Part shown: positions 39,831 through 51,990 of the stretch, in pieces
Position numbering within the stretch: the stretch's first letter is position 1
Layout: every line of letters begins with the position of its first letter
NCBI RefSeq assembly: GCF_006345805.1
Contig: NC_043001.1
Span: 114,824,001 to 114,888,000, forward strand
Source: Octopus sinensis
Lineage: Eukaryota
Reading direction: 5' to 3'
DNA length: 64,000 bases
Notes under the pieces: generated by a model
Told to the model about the DNA's origin: nothing
Databases searched by the model: none
What the model saw: only the letters and a program-made list of their open reading frames with translations
Translations under genes and position numbers: made by a program

Positions 39831-40654
39831 AATAATCTTCCTCGTCTAACTCTCCTCTCTTTTCGATCGATGATTAAGTTTATACGAACGAGGTCGTCTA
39901 TTTTTATTCTCTGTTTTCTGATCCAATATTCTGTTAATTTAATGAACAGTAAAGTTCATGAAATAACAGAACATATGTAAAGTCCTGAGTGTGGCATATT
40001 TCTATGCGTTATTTCAAAGATGCATAGGTGTGTACATGTTCTTAATGTGGGTACTAGCAGCTTTCGGGTTGTGCTGCGATGTCGGAACCGACAAATTTAC
40101 TAGTTGATACGTATGACTTGAGCACGCGTTCACATCGTTTCTGTCTATTTGCCGATTTTTCAGACATGAATTACTGCTAGGAAGAACCGGATTTAAAAAT
40201 CTTTATGTTCACTTCCTCTCAAAGGGTCGTTTTGTGGACTGCAGTAGTGGTTCTATCATCGAAATATGCCAGTCTCAGGAAGCACATTTAATCTTTGCTC
40301 CACTGCCTTGAGCGAAGATTAAATACAAATAAATATAATAATTAATGAAATAATTCACAAACTGACTCGCTAAGTCATTGATATTAAATTATAAGCGTAT
40401 TCTTGTAAGATAAGTGTATTAGAACATGCTTTGAGTATTAATGTATAATTGGAAAGTTATAAGGTGTCAAATGTATTCATTACTAAGTAATTAGCTTTAT
40501 TTTGCTATATGATCAGTACGCTATCATATGATTGCTGTATTATTGAATTAGTAGTGTATGAGTATATAATTAGTGTACTGCTATATCATAGGTGTACGGG
40601 TATGTTAGTGTACTGGTTAATATATAAGTCGAAGGTTCAAGGTGGCAAGCTGGC

Positions 40655-40852
40655 AGAATCGTTGGCAAGCCGAGCAAAATGCTTAGTAGCATTTAATCCG
40701 GTATACTTACTGAATTAAAATTTTGCTGGAGTCGACTTTGCCTTTCTTCTTTTCATGGTCGATAAAATAGGTACCAATTGAAAGCTGGCGTCGATCTAAT
40801 TGAATTACACCGTCCCCCCAAAATTGCTGGCTCTGTGCCAAAATTTGAAATT
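40655..40852 (+). mobile_element. Diverged tRNA SINE copy (another at about 42055-42210)
   Basis: ggtggcaagctggcagaatcgttggcaagccgagc...gccaaaatttgaaa. Confidence 0.75.
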
Positions 40853-40861
40853 ATGAAAATG

Positions 40862-42060
40862 AAGCAAACAAGTGCTCCACTCTAGCCTTGAAATCAGCGG
40901 AGTGGGCACTACTACCTACTTACTGTGGCAAACGTTCGGCCAGAGTAAGAATAGGTAGAGTGACCACTGAAATTGACGAGGCATCGCTGGTGGCAGCCAT
41001 CCTATATCATACAGAGGAAGAAGCAGACGTTTTAAAATGTCAGACTACGGAGGTGAACTGAAGGAGATATGGGCTAGAATTAATAGTCCATATAATCCTG
41101 CCAGACCTCCATAAGATTGTGGTAGAGCTGGTGTTGCCAGAAGAGACCAGATTAAGGATTGTTGTGGAGGGTAGACCTCCAATATGTTTTATGTGTGGAG
41201 TAAGGGGACACATGAAGGCCAAGTGTCCCCAGAAACAGGAGGAAGAAATAACAGAAACAGAAATGCAAGAAGAAGAGAATATAGTTGTAGCAGAGGAGAA
41301 AATGGACGAGCAATTTACGGTGTGGAAACGAAAAAAAGAATTTAGAATCATCACCTAAAAGCCCCATGGAGAAAAAAAAAGAAAAAGAAACGAGGAAGAG
41401 AATAAAATAGAAAAAGAAGAAAATGGAAAACCAAGTGAAATGTGAACTCAGGAACCGTTGCCTTCAACCAGTAAGGAAGAAAGAGCACAACAGAAGAATG
41501 AAAACGAAAGAGACAGCGAATTATGAGACAGAGAAAATTGTGTCGGGCGAAGAGAGAGGTGAAAGATATCAGAGAAAGATTCCTACATGGAGAAATTTAC
41601 GAAACCTCGTAGAATACGAAAAAAGGCTTGAAATCGGACAGAATGGTAACAAAGATGAAAAATGTTATCAGAATGAAATTGGCAAACTCAGAAGGTAAGA
41701 AGGGCTGGCTATTGGAGAGAGAGAGAAGATTAGTAGAAATGTTTGTGGGAAAAAAAGAGTTGTAATATCACCACTTCAATTTAGATACGACGAGTTGCCG
41801 TCTGTTGTAATTTTCGACGATTTTATGCAATATTTGTTTTAATTGTGTGTTTAAAAAACAAACAAAAAAAGATATGTAAAGTGAATTGTAATTTGAAATG
41901 AAACTGCTTACTTTGGGGGGCGAGTAAGCCATTTCATCCCCATTTTTTATCATAGTCATAGTCCATTCGACATGTGTTTTATATGTACCACAATGTCTTG
42001 TTTTGTCTGTCCTTGCAGTGTCCCCTCTTTATAAAGTCCATGTGCCTAAATAAAAGAAAT
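40862..42060 (+). mobile_element. ORF1-only L1/Tx1-like element, copy 1 (5'-truncated)
   Basis: Intact knuckle CFMCGVRGHMKAKC, then an acidic linker, a short 3' UTR and aaataaaa at about 42048. No RT or endonuclease sequence. Confidence 0.75.
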
Positions 42061-43199
42061 CGAGCTGACAGAAACGTTATCACGCCAGACATAATACTTA
42101 GCGCCATTACGGGCTAGATAACACAAGTACCAGTTGAGTACAGGGCTCGACGTAATCGACTTACACACCTCCCCGAAATTGCTGGCCTTGTGCGAACATT
42201 TGAAACCAACATTTTATAAGTATGCTAATTTAAGAATATTGTATTGCTATATGTGTGTGTGTGTGCGTGTATGTAAGTGTATTTCAGTTGCTGAGCTGAG
42301 GCGTTCCATTGTTAGATCTCATATTATAGTATACAAACTCCCGACTACTAATACTAATAATATCATTTATTTTCACCTTACCAAAAGTTTTCTATACGTT
42401 TGGTACTGAAAACCAAGCGGGGAAATGTGATTTTACAATTTGCTCCCAATGGTGTTAGAAGCTTCAAGTAACGTGAATTGAACACACTCCTACTGCGTAT
42501 ACTTCAAAGAGTGCTAATAAAATAATTTAATTACTTACGTATGATACGTAGTTTTTATCCAAAACGAAAAGTGGTTGCTCTCACATTCATTTCCTAATGG
42601 AGACCGGCATTGAAATGCGTTGTTTCTAATTGTAAACTGTATAGGAATCGTAAAAGACTGAGTCACTACGTCGTAAACAACCAGTCTTTAATGTTGATTG
42701 ATTGAGACTTGGCTAAAATCTGTTTCAAATATAGAGGAAGAAACGAAGTGCTTTACCTCGATCACGTCGATACCAAGCACATTAACGATGTAAGTCATGT
42801 GAAATTGACTCACAGCGATCTGGGGACAAAGCTGGCCACCGGAAAACTACAGTCCTGATCAATAGTTTGTATACATTTGAATGCATTGGTAAAATGTTTT
42901 CACTGTAATTGATAATGGAAAACAAGGAATGTATTTTAGAATAAAATAAACACACAATCTTAGAACAATTTACAAAAGTACAAATATTAATGTGATACTG
43001 CCAAATGCTGAATACGATAACGCTTTGGCTGCAATACAGCGTCATTTCCGTCAGACCTAATTTTAGGAGTAATCTGTTATTTCCTTTGTTCAAACTTAAA
43101 ATATTTCTATTCTAAATACGAAATTGATGAAGGATAATAAGCTACAACATTGCTTTTGCTGTAACATAGATTTTTCTATACTATTTATGCCAGGAGACG

Positions 43200-43560
43200 A
43201 TCCTGAATATTGTAGACTGCCAATAATACTCTAATCTGGTCATGTATAGTGCAATTAAAGAACATAAAGTAGTTAACATCTCCAGAACATGGAAGTAGGT
43301 CTTCAAATCTATTGCAGCCCGTTAAAGCATCATCCAAAATTACAGTCACCTTTTCTGCAGAAACGGCCCCAATAACAGAAGGAATTGGCATAACTTAACC
43401 CTTGCAATTGTATATCTGAGATGGTACATTGACGTAAAAAGCTACATACGAAACAGTTGCTGCAAACTGCATCACAGATGTTTGATGTTTCTTCACATAA
43501 ACATATCTTCAAGCCACTTTCCCTCCTTGCAAATTTGCAGACCACACTCAACGTTTCCCA
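43200..43560 (-). pseudogene. Possible decayed Helitron coding fragment
   Basis: WLED...EETSNI...LQQLF...NVPS resembles the Helitron pattern LLEDD...EEAS...QLRQLF...PSD. Needs several frameshifts. Confidence 0.35.
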
Positions 43561-44429
43561 CGGTCGTGGATTTGTTAGACGGAAACTGAAAGAAGACTAT
43601 CGCATGCATAGCCCTAGCTAGATAGTTGAATGATTTCCTTTGCAAGAAAGACAATAGAGTAATCTCCCTTTACTAAGTTTCTCGGAGCGACTATGTCATG
43701 AGACGTATTTCCTAATTATTCAAGAAGCTTAGCGTTTTTCTTGGAAGTTTTTAGAATGTCTCACATTCCATTAATAAAAACAGCTTGCTAAGCCTGCCCT
43801 TCGGGTCTTTGTCGATTAGACTTAGAACCATTCACGTCATTGCTATGTCCGTCTGTTTCTCTATGCCACACGACTGAAAACCACCACTTAGCTGTTATTT
43901 CTACAGTTTCTATCTCTGAACTTTCTTGCATAGATTAATTCATCCAACTAGATTCTACATTTTGATTATGTATCATCATCGATTATATTTTTATGTAGTA
44001 AATATATAGTTCTTGAATTTATTTTTCATCTCTATATGAACTCTTGTAATAATACAAGAACCAAATTTTGAGAGAAAATAATTCCCGAGGTCGGTGCGTC
44101 CGACTAAAATTTCACAAGCCAGCGCACCAGCATGGCCGTTGACAAATGACAGAAACAAGTAAGATATAAAAGATTATATGTGTGTGTGTTTGTTTGTGTG
44201 TGTATGAGTGCGTGTGTGTGGGTTGAATTAAATGAGACAACAAAGCCAAGGCAATAGAAATAATATATTTCTAAATCTCTCAGGGAGATTTATGCAGTAG
44301 CAGCACGATGAAGTGATAGTATGTTGTCAACTTAATATGCGAGTCCCATAAAAGGGAAGAATGCTACTGTTATTTTGCTTGACACATTTCCTCTGTCATA
44401 TTTGCAAAGTGGTGATATGCACCTCCACT

Positions 44430-44505
44430 CAGCAAAGCCAGCAGCCAGAGACTAGTTTCAGAATCATTGCTCATCATCAGTCTGGAGTAGCATGAATTGC
44501 TAGCC
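44430..44505 (-). ncRNA. Type I hammerhead ribozyme, family D
   Basis: CCAGA-CUGAUGA-U-GAG(CAAUGA)UUC-U-GAAA-CUAG-UC-UCUGG; predicted cleavage between 44450 and 44449. Confidence 0.82.
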
Positions 44506-44524
44506 TTATTCTTTATTCTTTTCT

Positions 44525-45110
44525 ATTCTAGGCACAAGGCCCGAAATTTTAGGTGATGGGACCCGTCGATTAGATCGACTCCAGTACATAACTGGTACTT
44601 AATTGAAAGACACCGAAAGGATGAAAGGCAAAGTCGACCTCGACGGAATTTGAACTCAGAACGTAAAGACAGACGAAATACCTATTTCTTTACTACACAC
44701 AAGGGCCTAAACACAGAGAGGACAAACAAGGATAGACAAACGGATTAGTTGATTACATCGACCCCCAGTGCGTAACTGGTACTTAATTTATCGACCCCGA
44801 ATGGATGAAAGGCAAACTCGACCTCGGCAGAATTTGAACTCAGAACGTAGCGGCAGAGGAAATACCTATTTCTTTACTACACACAAGGGCCTAAACACAG
44901 AGAGGGCACACAAGGATAGACAAACGGATTAGTCGATTACATCGACCCCAGTGCGTAACTGGTACTTAATTTATCGACCCCGAAAGGATGAAAGGCAAAG
45001 TCGACCTCGGCGGAATTTGAACTCAGAACGTAACGGCAGACGAAATACAGCTACGCATTTCGCCCGGCGTGCTAACGTTTCTGCCAAGTCGCCGCCTTTG
45101 AAATTTTGGC
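44525..45110 (-). mobile_element. Tandem trimer of the tRNA SINE (one full head plus 5'-clipped units, period about 184 bp)
   Basis: gaaatacctatttctttactacacacaaggg occurs at 44675 and 44859. The head lies at about 45100. Confidence 0.88.
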
Positions 45111-45299
45111 ACAAGCCAGCAATTCAAAGGAAAAGAGATACGTGACTGGTGCTGTATGTTATCATTCTTGAAATGAGGAAAGGTCACATTAATCGCAGCG
45201 GGACTTGAGCTCAGATCACAACGAACAGGGTGAAATGCCACCAACCAAGCATTGCGTGTGATGTGTTAACGGCTTTGCTAGCTCGCTCCCTTTTAGCTT

Positions 45300-47118
45300 T
45301 AATCTTTATTATCAGCACATTGGCTCTTACAAAAAAGGGACGAACGAAGACAGACAACACAATATAGTGGGGTACATAAAACATAAATCGAATGAATATG
45401 AATATAATGATATAATGAATAATGAAATGTCTTACCTGCGCCCCACACATAGGTAGTCATTTAACTGTTTTTGCAACACATAATCATGAACAGTTCATTG
45501 TACTTCTTTTTTTAAAAAACATCATTTTAATTTAACAAATTCCGCTTGCTTTCAAATGATTTCACTATATTTCCAGATGGCACCACTGGTGGTAGTTCGT
45601 CACATCGAACCCACGACTCCGATAATACAATTTGTTCACCAAACAATTCTTTTAATGCTTCTATGTTCACTCTCTCTAGCAAGACTGCCCTGTTGTTCTC
45701 AGTATGCTCCATCTCCGACAATGTCACTCTGATTAGGTTTTTCATTTTAGTGACCCGCTTCTCTATTTCTACGCTCTTTTTATAATCTATCATCATCCTC
45801 CCATCTTTTCCTATCGGTACTCCATCCCGTTTTCCATCTCTATTTCTCCTGATGTTCCTGGTTTTTGTGTCTCAAACATCTCTATCTCACTCTTACTCTT
45901 TATTGTTGCTTCCTTTCCTTTCTGCATACTTGTTTTTTTCTTTTATAATTTTCTTTTTTTTTCTGTTCTTTCAATTTATATCTCCTCTAAGTTGCCATTT
46001 CTCATTTTGCAGGTCTTTTGGTGGTGACTAGGCATTTCCATCTCTTTTCTTTTTCCTTTTACCAACTAAGTATGTTTCTCCTACGTATTTCATTTCTTCA
46101 CTCCTTGTTCCACCTCCTGCTACTTCTGTTCTACTTCTTGTTTCTGGCCACACCTTGCTTGCATGTATCCCCGTACTTCACAGTAGTAGCAGATGGAATG
46201 TATTCCCTCCATTACAAAACTTAATTTAACATCTTCTGGCAACATAATTTCATCTACAATTTTATGCAGGTCCGGCAAACTGATTTGGACCGTCACTTCA
46301 AGGCCGTATCCAAACCAGTTTACCTCTGTTGTCCTCGTTACCTTCAGCAGAGTGGACTCCTCTTCCGCGTTGAAGAGAATGGCTGCCACCAGCCACGTTT
46401 TATCGATTTCTGGGGTCACTCTGCCAATCATAATTCTGGCCGACTGTTTGCCACATCAGGTTGGCAGCAGTGCCCACTCTTCCGACCTCAGTGGCACAGC
46501 GGAGCACTTTATTGCGTCCTGTTCGTTCGCAAACCGTACCTCCACTGTGCTGTACTTCTTGCCTCTGGTGTAGTATGTCGTAAAGGGCTTAATATCCTTA
46601 AGACACCCCTCCATTGCTTCAATGTTTGCTATTTCCATTGTTTTGCTTGAGCTTGATAGCGTTCTATACAAAAGAGTTTGTTTTTTTGTTTTTTTTTGCT
46701 GTTTCCTCCATTACTTCTTTTGGTGGGGTCAGCCTCAGGCCACTTCCTTCCTTAACTATAAGTTAATTCGCCTTTTTCAATCTCCTCTCGTCGAATTTCA
46801 CTTCTTTAACCTGCAAAACGTTGTTATTTTAACCTCTTCCCGTTGCTGCAGCATAGCTGACGGCTGGTTGTGTCATCATAACTTCGTTTCTTCAGATAGT
46901 CACAAATGACAAAAAAATTTCCAGAAAATATTTTCGTAAATATCACAGTTCACAAAATTTACAGAAACTTATTTACCCAACAGGGCGAAAATTACCGTTT
47001 TTCAATTTCAATTAACACAAATTTACAATAAACAGAACAGGAAACGAACTCACACAGCGCAGGTAAGAAAGTGAAGACGACAACGTGTCGTAGACGAAAA
47101 AGGCGTGGCCTTGAAGGC
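45300..47118 (-). mobile_element. ORF1-only L1/Tx1-like element, copy 2 (apparently full length, ORF broken)
   Basis: MTQPAVSYAAA start, KYSTVEVRFANEQDA, knuckle CYYCEVRGYMQARC, C-terminal EKRVTKMKNLIRV...PPVV, and AATAAA (minus strand) at 45305-45310. Confidence 0.8.
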
Positions 47119-48753
47119 ATTATTCTTTACTGTGAGCATATAGCTCTTACAAAGAAGGAGCGAACAAAGACAGACAACACAATATAGTGCGGTACATAAA
47201 ATATAAATCGAATGAATATAAATATAGTGATATAATGAAAAATGAAATGTCTTACTTGCACTCCACACGCAGGCAGTGTCATTTAACTGTGTTTGCAATA
47301 CATGTTCGTGAACAGTATATTATTATTTTTTTTTTAAACACATTTTAATTTTGCCAATTTCACTTACTTTTTATTCAATCGACAATGTATTGCACAATGT
47401 CTTCGAATGCCACTACTGGTGGCAGCCAATCAGATCGAATCCACAGCCACAGCAATTCAATCCGGTCTTCGAACAACTCCTTCAATTCATCCGCTCTCCC
47501 TCTCTTCAGCAAAACCGATCTCTCGTCCTCTCTACACTCACTTGCCGCTATCCTAACAATTATAAAACTTTTCATCCTCGTAATCCTCCTCTCCATCTCG
47601 ACACTCTTTCTGCACTCCACCATACTCCTCAGATCTCTTCTTCCCGTCCCCCCTTCCATCTCCACTCCGTTCCGATGCTCCTGGTACCTGTGTGTCAATG
47701 TTTTCCACCCATAACACCCTGCTCCACCTGCGCCTCATGCCGCTCCTGTCCCACCTCCTGTTGCACTTCCTGTTTCTGTGGATACCTCGCTCGCATGTGA
47801 ATCCGTGCTCCACAGTGGTTGCAGATGGGAGGTCCTCCCTCCACTACCACCCTTAGTTTGACCCCCTCCGATAACACAATCTCATCCACAATATTATACA
47901 GATCCGGGACACTGATTCGGACCGTCACCACAACGCATCCAAACCAGTTCATCTCCGCTGTCCTCGTGACCCTCACGACATTGGTTTCCTCATCCGCACT
48001 GAAGAGAATGGCCGCCACCAGCCACGTTTCTCCAAATTCTGGGGGCACTCTGCCAATCTTAATTCTGGCCGCACGTTTGCCACAGCAGGTTGGCAGTTGT
48101 GCCCACTCATCCGACCTGAATGGCACAGTGGAGTACTTTATTGCGTCCTGTTCGGTCGCAAACCATACCCCCACTGTGCCGTACTTCCTGCCTCCGGTGT
48201 TGTACGTCATAAGGTGCTTCACCTCCTTGAGGCATTCCTTCACTGCTTCAATGATTGCTACTTCCACCCTCTTACCGATGTTAGACAGCGTTCCACAGAC
48301 AACATTTTCTTCGCTGCTTCCTTCAATATTTTTTGGTGGGATCAGTCTCAGACTGCTTCCCTCTTCAACAATTAGCTCGTTAAGTTTTTTCGGTCTTTGT
48401 TCGTCCTATTTCACCTCCTTGACCTGCACAACGTCGCCATTTACACCCCTTTCCGCTGCTGTAGCACAGCTGACAGCTGGTTGAAGTTTGATATCTTAGC
48501 TGGTCACAAATGACATGAAAATTTCCAGAAATTGTCTTCACAGAATCACTGTTCAATAAATTTACAGAAACTTTCCAACTCGCAGAGTGAAAATTATAGC
48601 TTTCCACAGGACAACAGATCAAATTCTAATAAAACGTTCAATTCAAATATAACAAAAATTTACAATAACAGAACAGGAAACATACTGACATACCGTAGGC
48701 AACAACTGAAAACAACACCGTGTCTCAGACGAAAAAGGCGCGACCTTGATGGC
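47119..48753 (-). mobile_element. ORF1-only L1/Tx1-like element, copy 3, directly head-to-tail with copy 2
   Basis: Both termini are homologous to copy 2 (5' gcc...tcaagg...gcctttttcgtct; 3' gtgttgtctgtctt...gtaagagc). Confidence 0.8.
47375..48484 (-). pseudogene. ORF1-like nucleic-acid-binding protein (RRM-like region, CCHC knuckle, acidic linker, conserved C-terminal block), disrupted
   Basis: ORFs 47695-48267 and 47375-47698 join across a frameshift. The knuckle reads CNHCGARIHMRARY. Confidence 0.72.
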
Positions 48754-48946
48754 TGTCGATGCGTATCTGGCTTTGAAAACATATAGATTTCAAGTGGAAT
48801 ACATTCACTGATTTTTGAGATTAGAAATAATATATTTCTAAATCTCTCGGAGAGATTTATGCAGTAGCAGCATGTTGTCAACTTAATAGGGAAGAATCCT
48901 ACCGTTATTTAGCCCTAAGAAACACCATTTCCTGTGGCATCGACAG

Positions 48947-49018
48947 CTAGCAAGCCATCCTACTCCAGACTGATGATGAGCAATGACTCTGAAACTAGTA
49001 TCTGGATGGCTTTGCTGG
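48947..49018 (+). ncRNA. Type I hammerhead ribozyme, family D
   Basis: Stem I is UCCAGA/UCUGGA, then a 6-nt bulge, then GCCA/UGGC. CUGAUGA 48970-48976, GAG(CAAUGA)CUC, GAAA-CUAG-UA; predicted cleavage after A49000. Confidence 0.85.
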
Positions 49019-49074
49019 GAAGAGGTGCTTAACTCCACCTTGAAAACATAAAAACACAGGAAATATATCAAGTC

Positions 49075-49300
49075 CAACAGGAAACGGTGTTTCAAATTTT
49101 GGCAAAAGGACAGCATGTACGTGACTCCGAGGAACTCGATTACATCAACCGCAGTGCTCAACCGATACTTGTTTTATCGACTCCTGAAGGCTTAAAGGCA
49201 AAGACACCCTAGGCGGAATTTGAACTCAGAAGTAAAGACGTACAAAATGCCCCCGAAGCATTTTGTGCGACGTGCTAAGGATTCTGCCAGCTCACAGCCT
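49075..49300 (-). mobile_element. Diverged tRNA SINE copy (others at about 50330-50445 minus and a 50588-50945 plus dimer)
   Basis: ggcggaatttgaactcagaa...gattctgccagctc. Confidence 0.75.
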
Positions 49301-49970
49301 TAAATAGATGTCTATATACTATAAGGATATATAGTAGAGTATAATCCATTCGAAGGTTCCACAATTAAGAACTTAATGTTGTGTAGACTAACAGCATAAA
49401 AAAACTATGTTATATATATATATATTGAAATTAATATATACTTTATCGAGTCAAAAACAGTGTGTATGTGTGAACGTGTGTCTCTGTGTGTGCGTAAGAC
49501 AATTATATAAATATAAAATTGGATGTGTGACTTTTATGCGTGACTAGACACATATACATATATTTATATATAATCACAATGAATGGCATTTCATGTGTAT
49601 GCTTACAAATATTCGAACAGTCATTGGATAATTTATTTCTTGTGTTTGTCATTTATTTTTATGTACTACACTCCCTTGAACTGAAAGTGGGTTTTATTTG
49701 CTGGACGCACGAACGCCAATCTAATATATAGCAAAGGTTTCACCGAGGTCAATAGAGAGGTGAGTGGCAAAAGTAATTCATCTTATTTGATGTACAGATG
49801 AACAAAAAAATAATATCATAATCACATTTTATGAGCATTGAGATATATATTCCCACGTGTGAAACGTATGGTAGTGTGTGAGGCAATCAAGTGAAAGCAA
49901 TCGACGTGAAATGATACCAAGACATGACAAATACTTGCTACAGTAGGCGTGTCATTATCATAACGTTGAT

Positions 49971-50004
<34 letters not shown>

Positions 50005-50024
50005 CAGCAGCAGCAGTAATAGTA

Positions 50025-50056
<32 letters not shown>

Positions 50057-51417
50057 TGTAGTAGTAAATATGGTGGTGAGATTTGGGTTTGTTGGAAAAA
50101 AATATATGTATATATGTCGAATAGATACGAAATTGCTGCCTTATTTATGTTTATATTTAATGTTTTTCGCACATATTTACTTCATTGAGACCAAAATATA
50201 ACACACCATATCGTGCCTCGTGTCGATTTGAACTCGGAATTTTTTTGGATGGTTAGAGAGGTGACAAAATATTGTAAGTTTAAATTGTATTTCGCTGTCG
50301 GTTTTAACTCGTATATTATTTTCTACTCTAGACACAAAGTCCGAAATTTGTGGGGAGGGAGCCAGTCGATTAGACCGACCTCAGTACGTAACTGGTACTT
50401 AATTTATCGACCCCGAAAGGATGAAAGGCAAAGTCGACCTCGGTTTTAAATCGTATACTGCTGGCGGGGAAAGTAATTATTTGAAACATGTTGGATTATA
50501 TCTATGCCCTTTGACTGGTAACAAATTAAAGTTCAGGAAAGAATTTTAGAAAGAATATAAAATCAGTCGTGAAATTAGAAGTATTTGAAGGCAGCGAGCT
50601 GGCAGAAGTTTTAGTGCGCTGGACGAAATTCTTAGCAAGGTTCTGAGTTCAAATTCCGCCGAGGTCGACATTACCTTTCATCCTTTCGAGGTCGATAAAT
50701 TAACTACCAGTGAAATTCTGGCGCTGATGTGATCGACTTACTACCTGCTTACAAATTTCAGGCCTTTTGCTTAGAAAAATGCTTAGCGGCATTTCGTCCG
50801 TCTGAACGTTCTGAGTCCAAATTCTGCCGCGGTCGACACTGCCTTTCATCTCTTCAAGATCGCTAGAATAAGTACCAATTGAACATTAGGTTCGATGTAA
50901 TCTACTTACTTCTTCTACTTTGCTGGTGCTGTGCCAAAATTTGAAACTAATGTTATAGGTATTTCTTTGTCTGAACCCGAAATTACACGAGTCAAAATCA
51001 AAATTAAAGTGGTTTCAACACCAAGCATTTCGTGATTGCACACGGAACATGTTGCTGATACAAAGCGATAAAAAATATGGAAAAAGAAAACAATTAATTA
51101 ATAAATATGAGGCGCGAAGTATTATTAATCAAAGTTTGAATATAATTCAAGCTACATGTCAAAAGGTGTATTCGAACTTTAGAGGTTTTAAGATCTTAAT
51201 AATGGAAGGAAAACGAAGTCATGATCGAAATCTTAAACAAAAAAAAAAAAATGTTATCCATCAAAATGGAAAATAGAATATTAGCAAAAAAGTGGAATTT
51301 TTATGGGCCACTCTAATTCTATTTCGGCAAATACAGGAACAACTCTAGATATTTTGGTTGTAATATGTTGCCTTAGTAGTGATGAAGTAGTAACTAAACA
51401 GGTATAAACTCTCTTTA

Positions 51418-51648
51418 AGGCGGCGAGCTGGCAGAAACGTTAGCACACCGGGGAAAAGCTTAGCGGTATTTCGTCCGCGTTACGTTGTGAGTTCAAATTC
51501 CGCCGAGGTCGACTTTGCCTTTCATCCTTTCGGGGTCGATAAATTAAGTACCAGTTACGCACTGGGGTCGATGTAATCGACTTAATACCTATGCCTGTCC
51601 TTGTTTGTCCCCTCTGTGTTTAGCCCCTTGTGGGTAATAAAGAAATAG
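51418..51648 (+). mobile_element. tRNA SINE, ggcggcgagctggcag family, young-looking copy
   Basis: Very similar to 4874-5107 and 29905-30128. Confidence 0.9.
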
Positions 51649-51679
51649 GTATAAACACTGGGTGCTGTAGTCAAATGGA

Positions 51680-51990
51680 GGATGAGAAGACCCCCTTCAG
51701 TCATGAATGACCATGGGATTGCACCTAGAGAGTTACCCTCCAGGGCACATCCTGGGAAGGTTCTTTATGGAAGCCCAGCAGTCAGTCATGCATACCAGCC
51801 TCCCCTTTTCATACCACTGATGTTATCCAAGGGAAAGGCAAAGGCTGATACAGCTTGGCACCAGTGATATCGCAACTCATTTCTACAGCTGAGTTAACTG
51901 GAGCAGCGTGAAATAACGTGTCTTGCTCAAGAACACAAAACGCAGCCCGGTCCGTTAATCGAACTCACAACCTCACGATCGTAAGCTCGA
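51680..51990 (-). mobile_element. Fourth tRNA SINE family (head gtagttagagcgtc...gagttcgatt; body cttgagcaagacac...ctcagctgtagaaatgag)
   Basis: tRNA-like box B plus a Meta/Deu-like central motif. Related fragments at about 21040-21135 and 27890-28020. Confidence 0.65.

Noticed and set aside
42782-43093. 103-aa minus ORF possibly continuing a Helitron helicase
   Set aside because: No recognisable Walker A (GxGKT) motif; the similarity is too weak.
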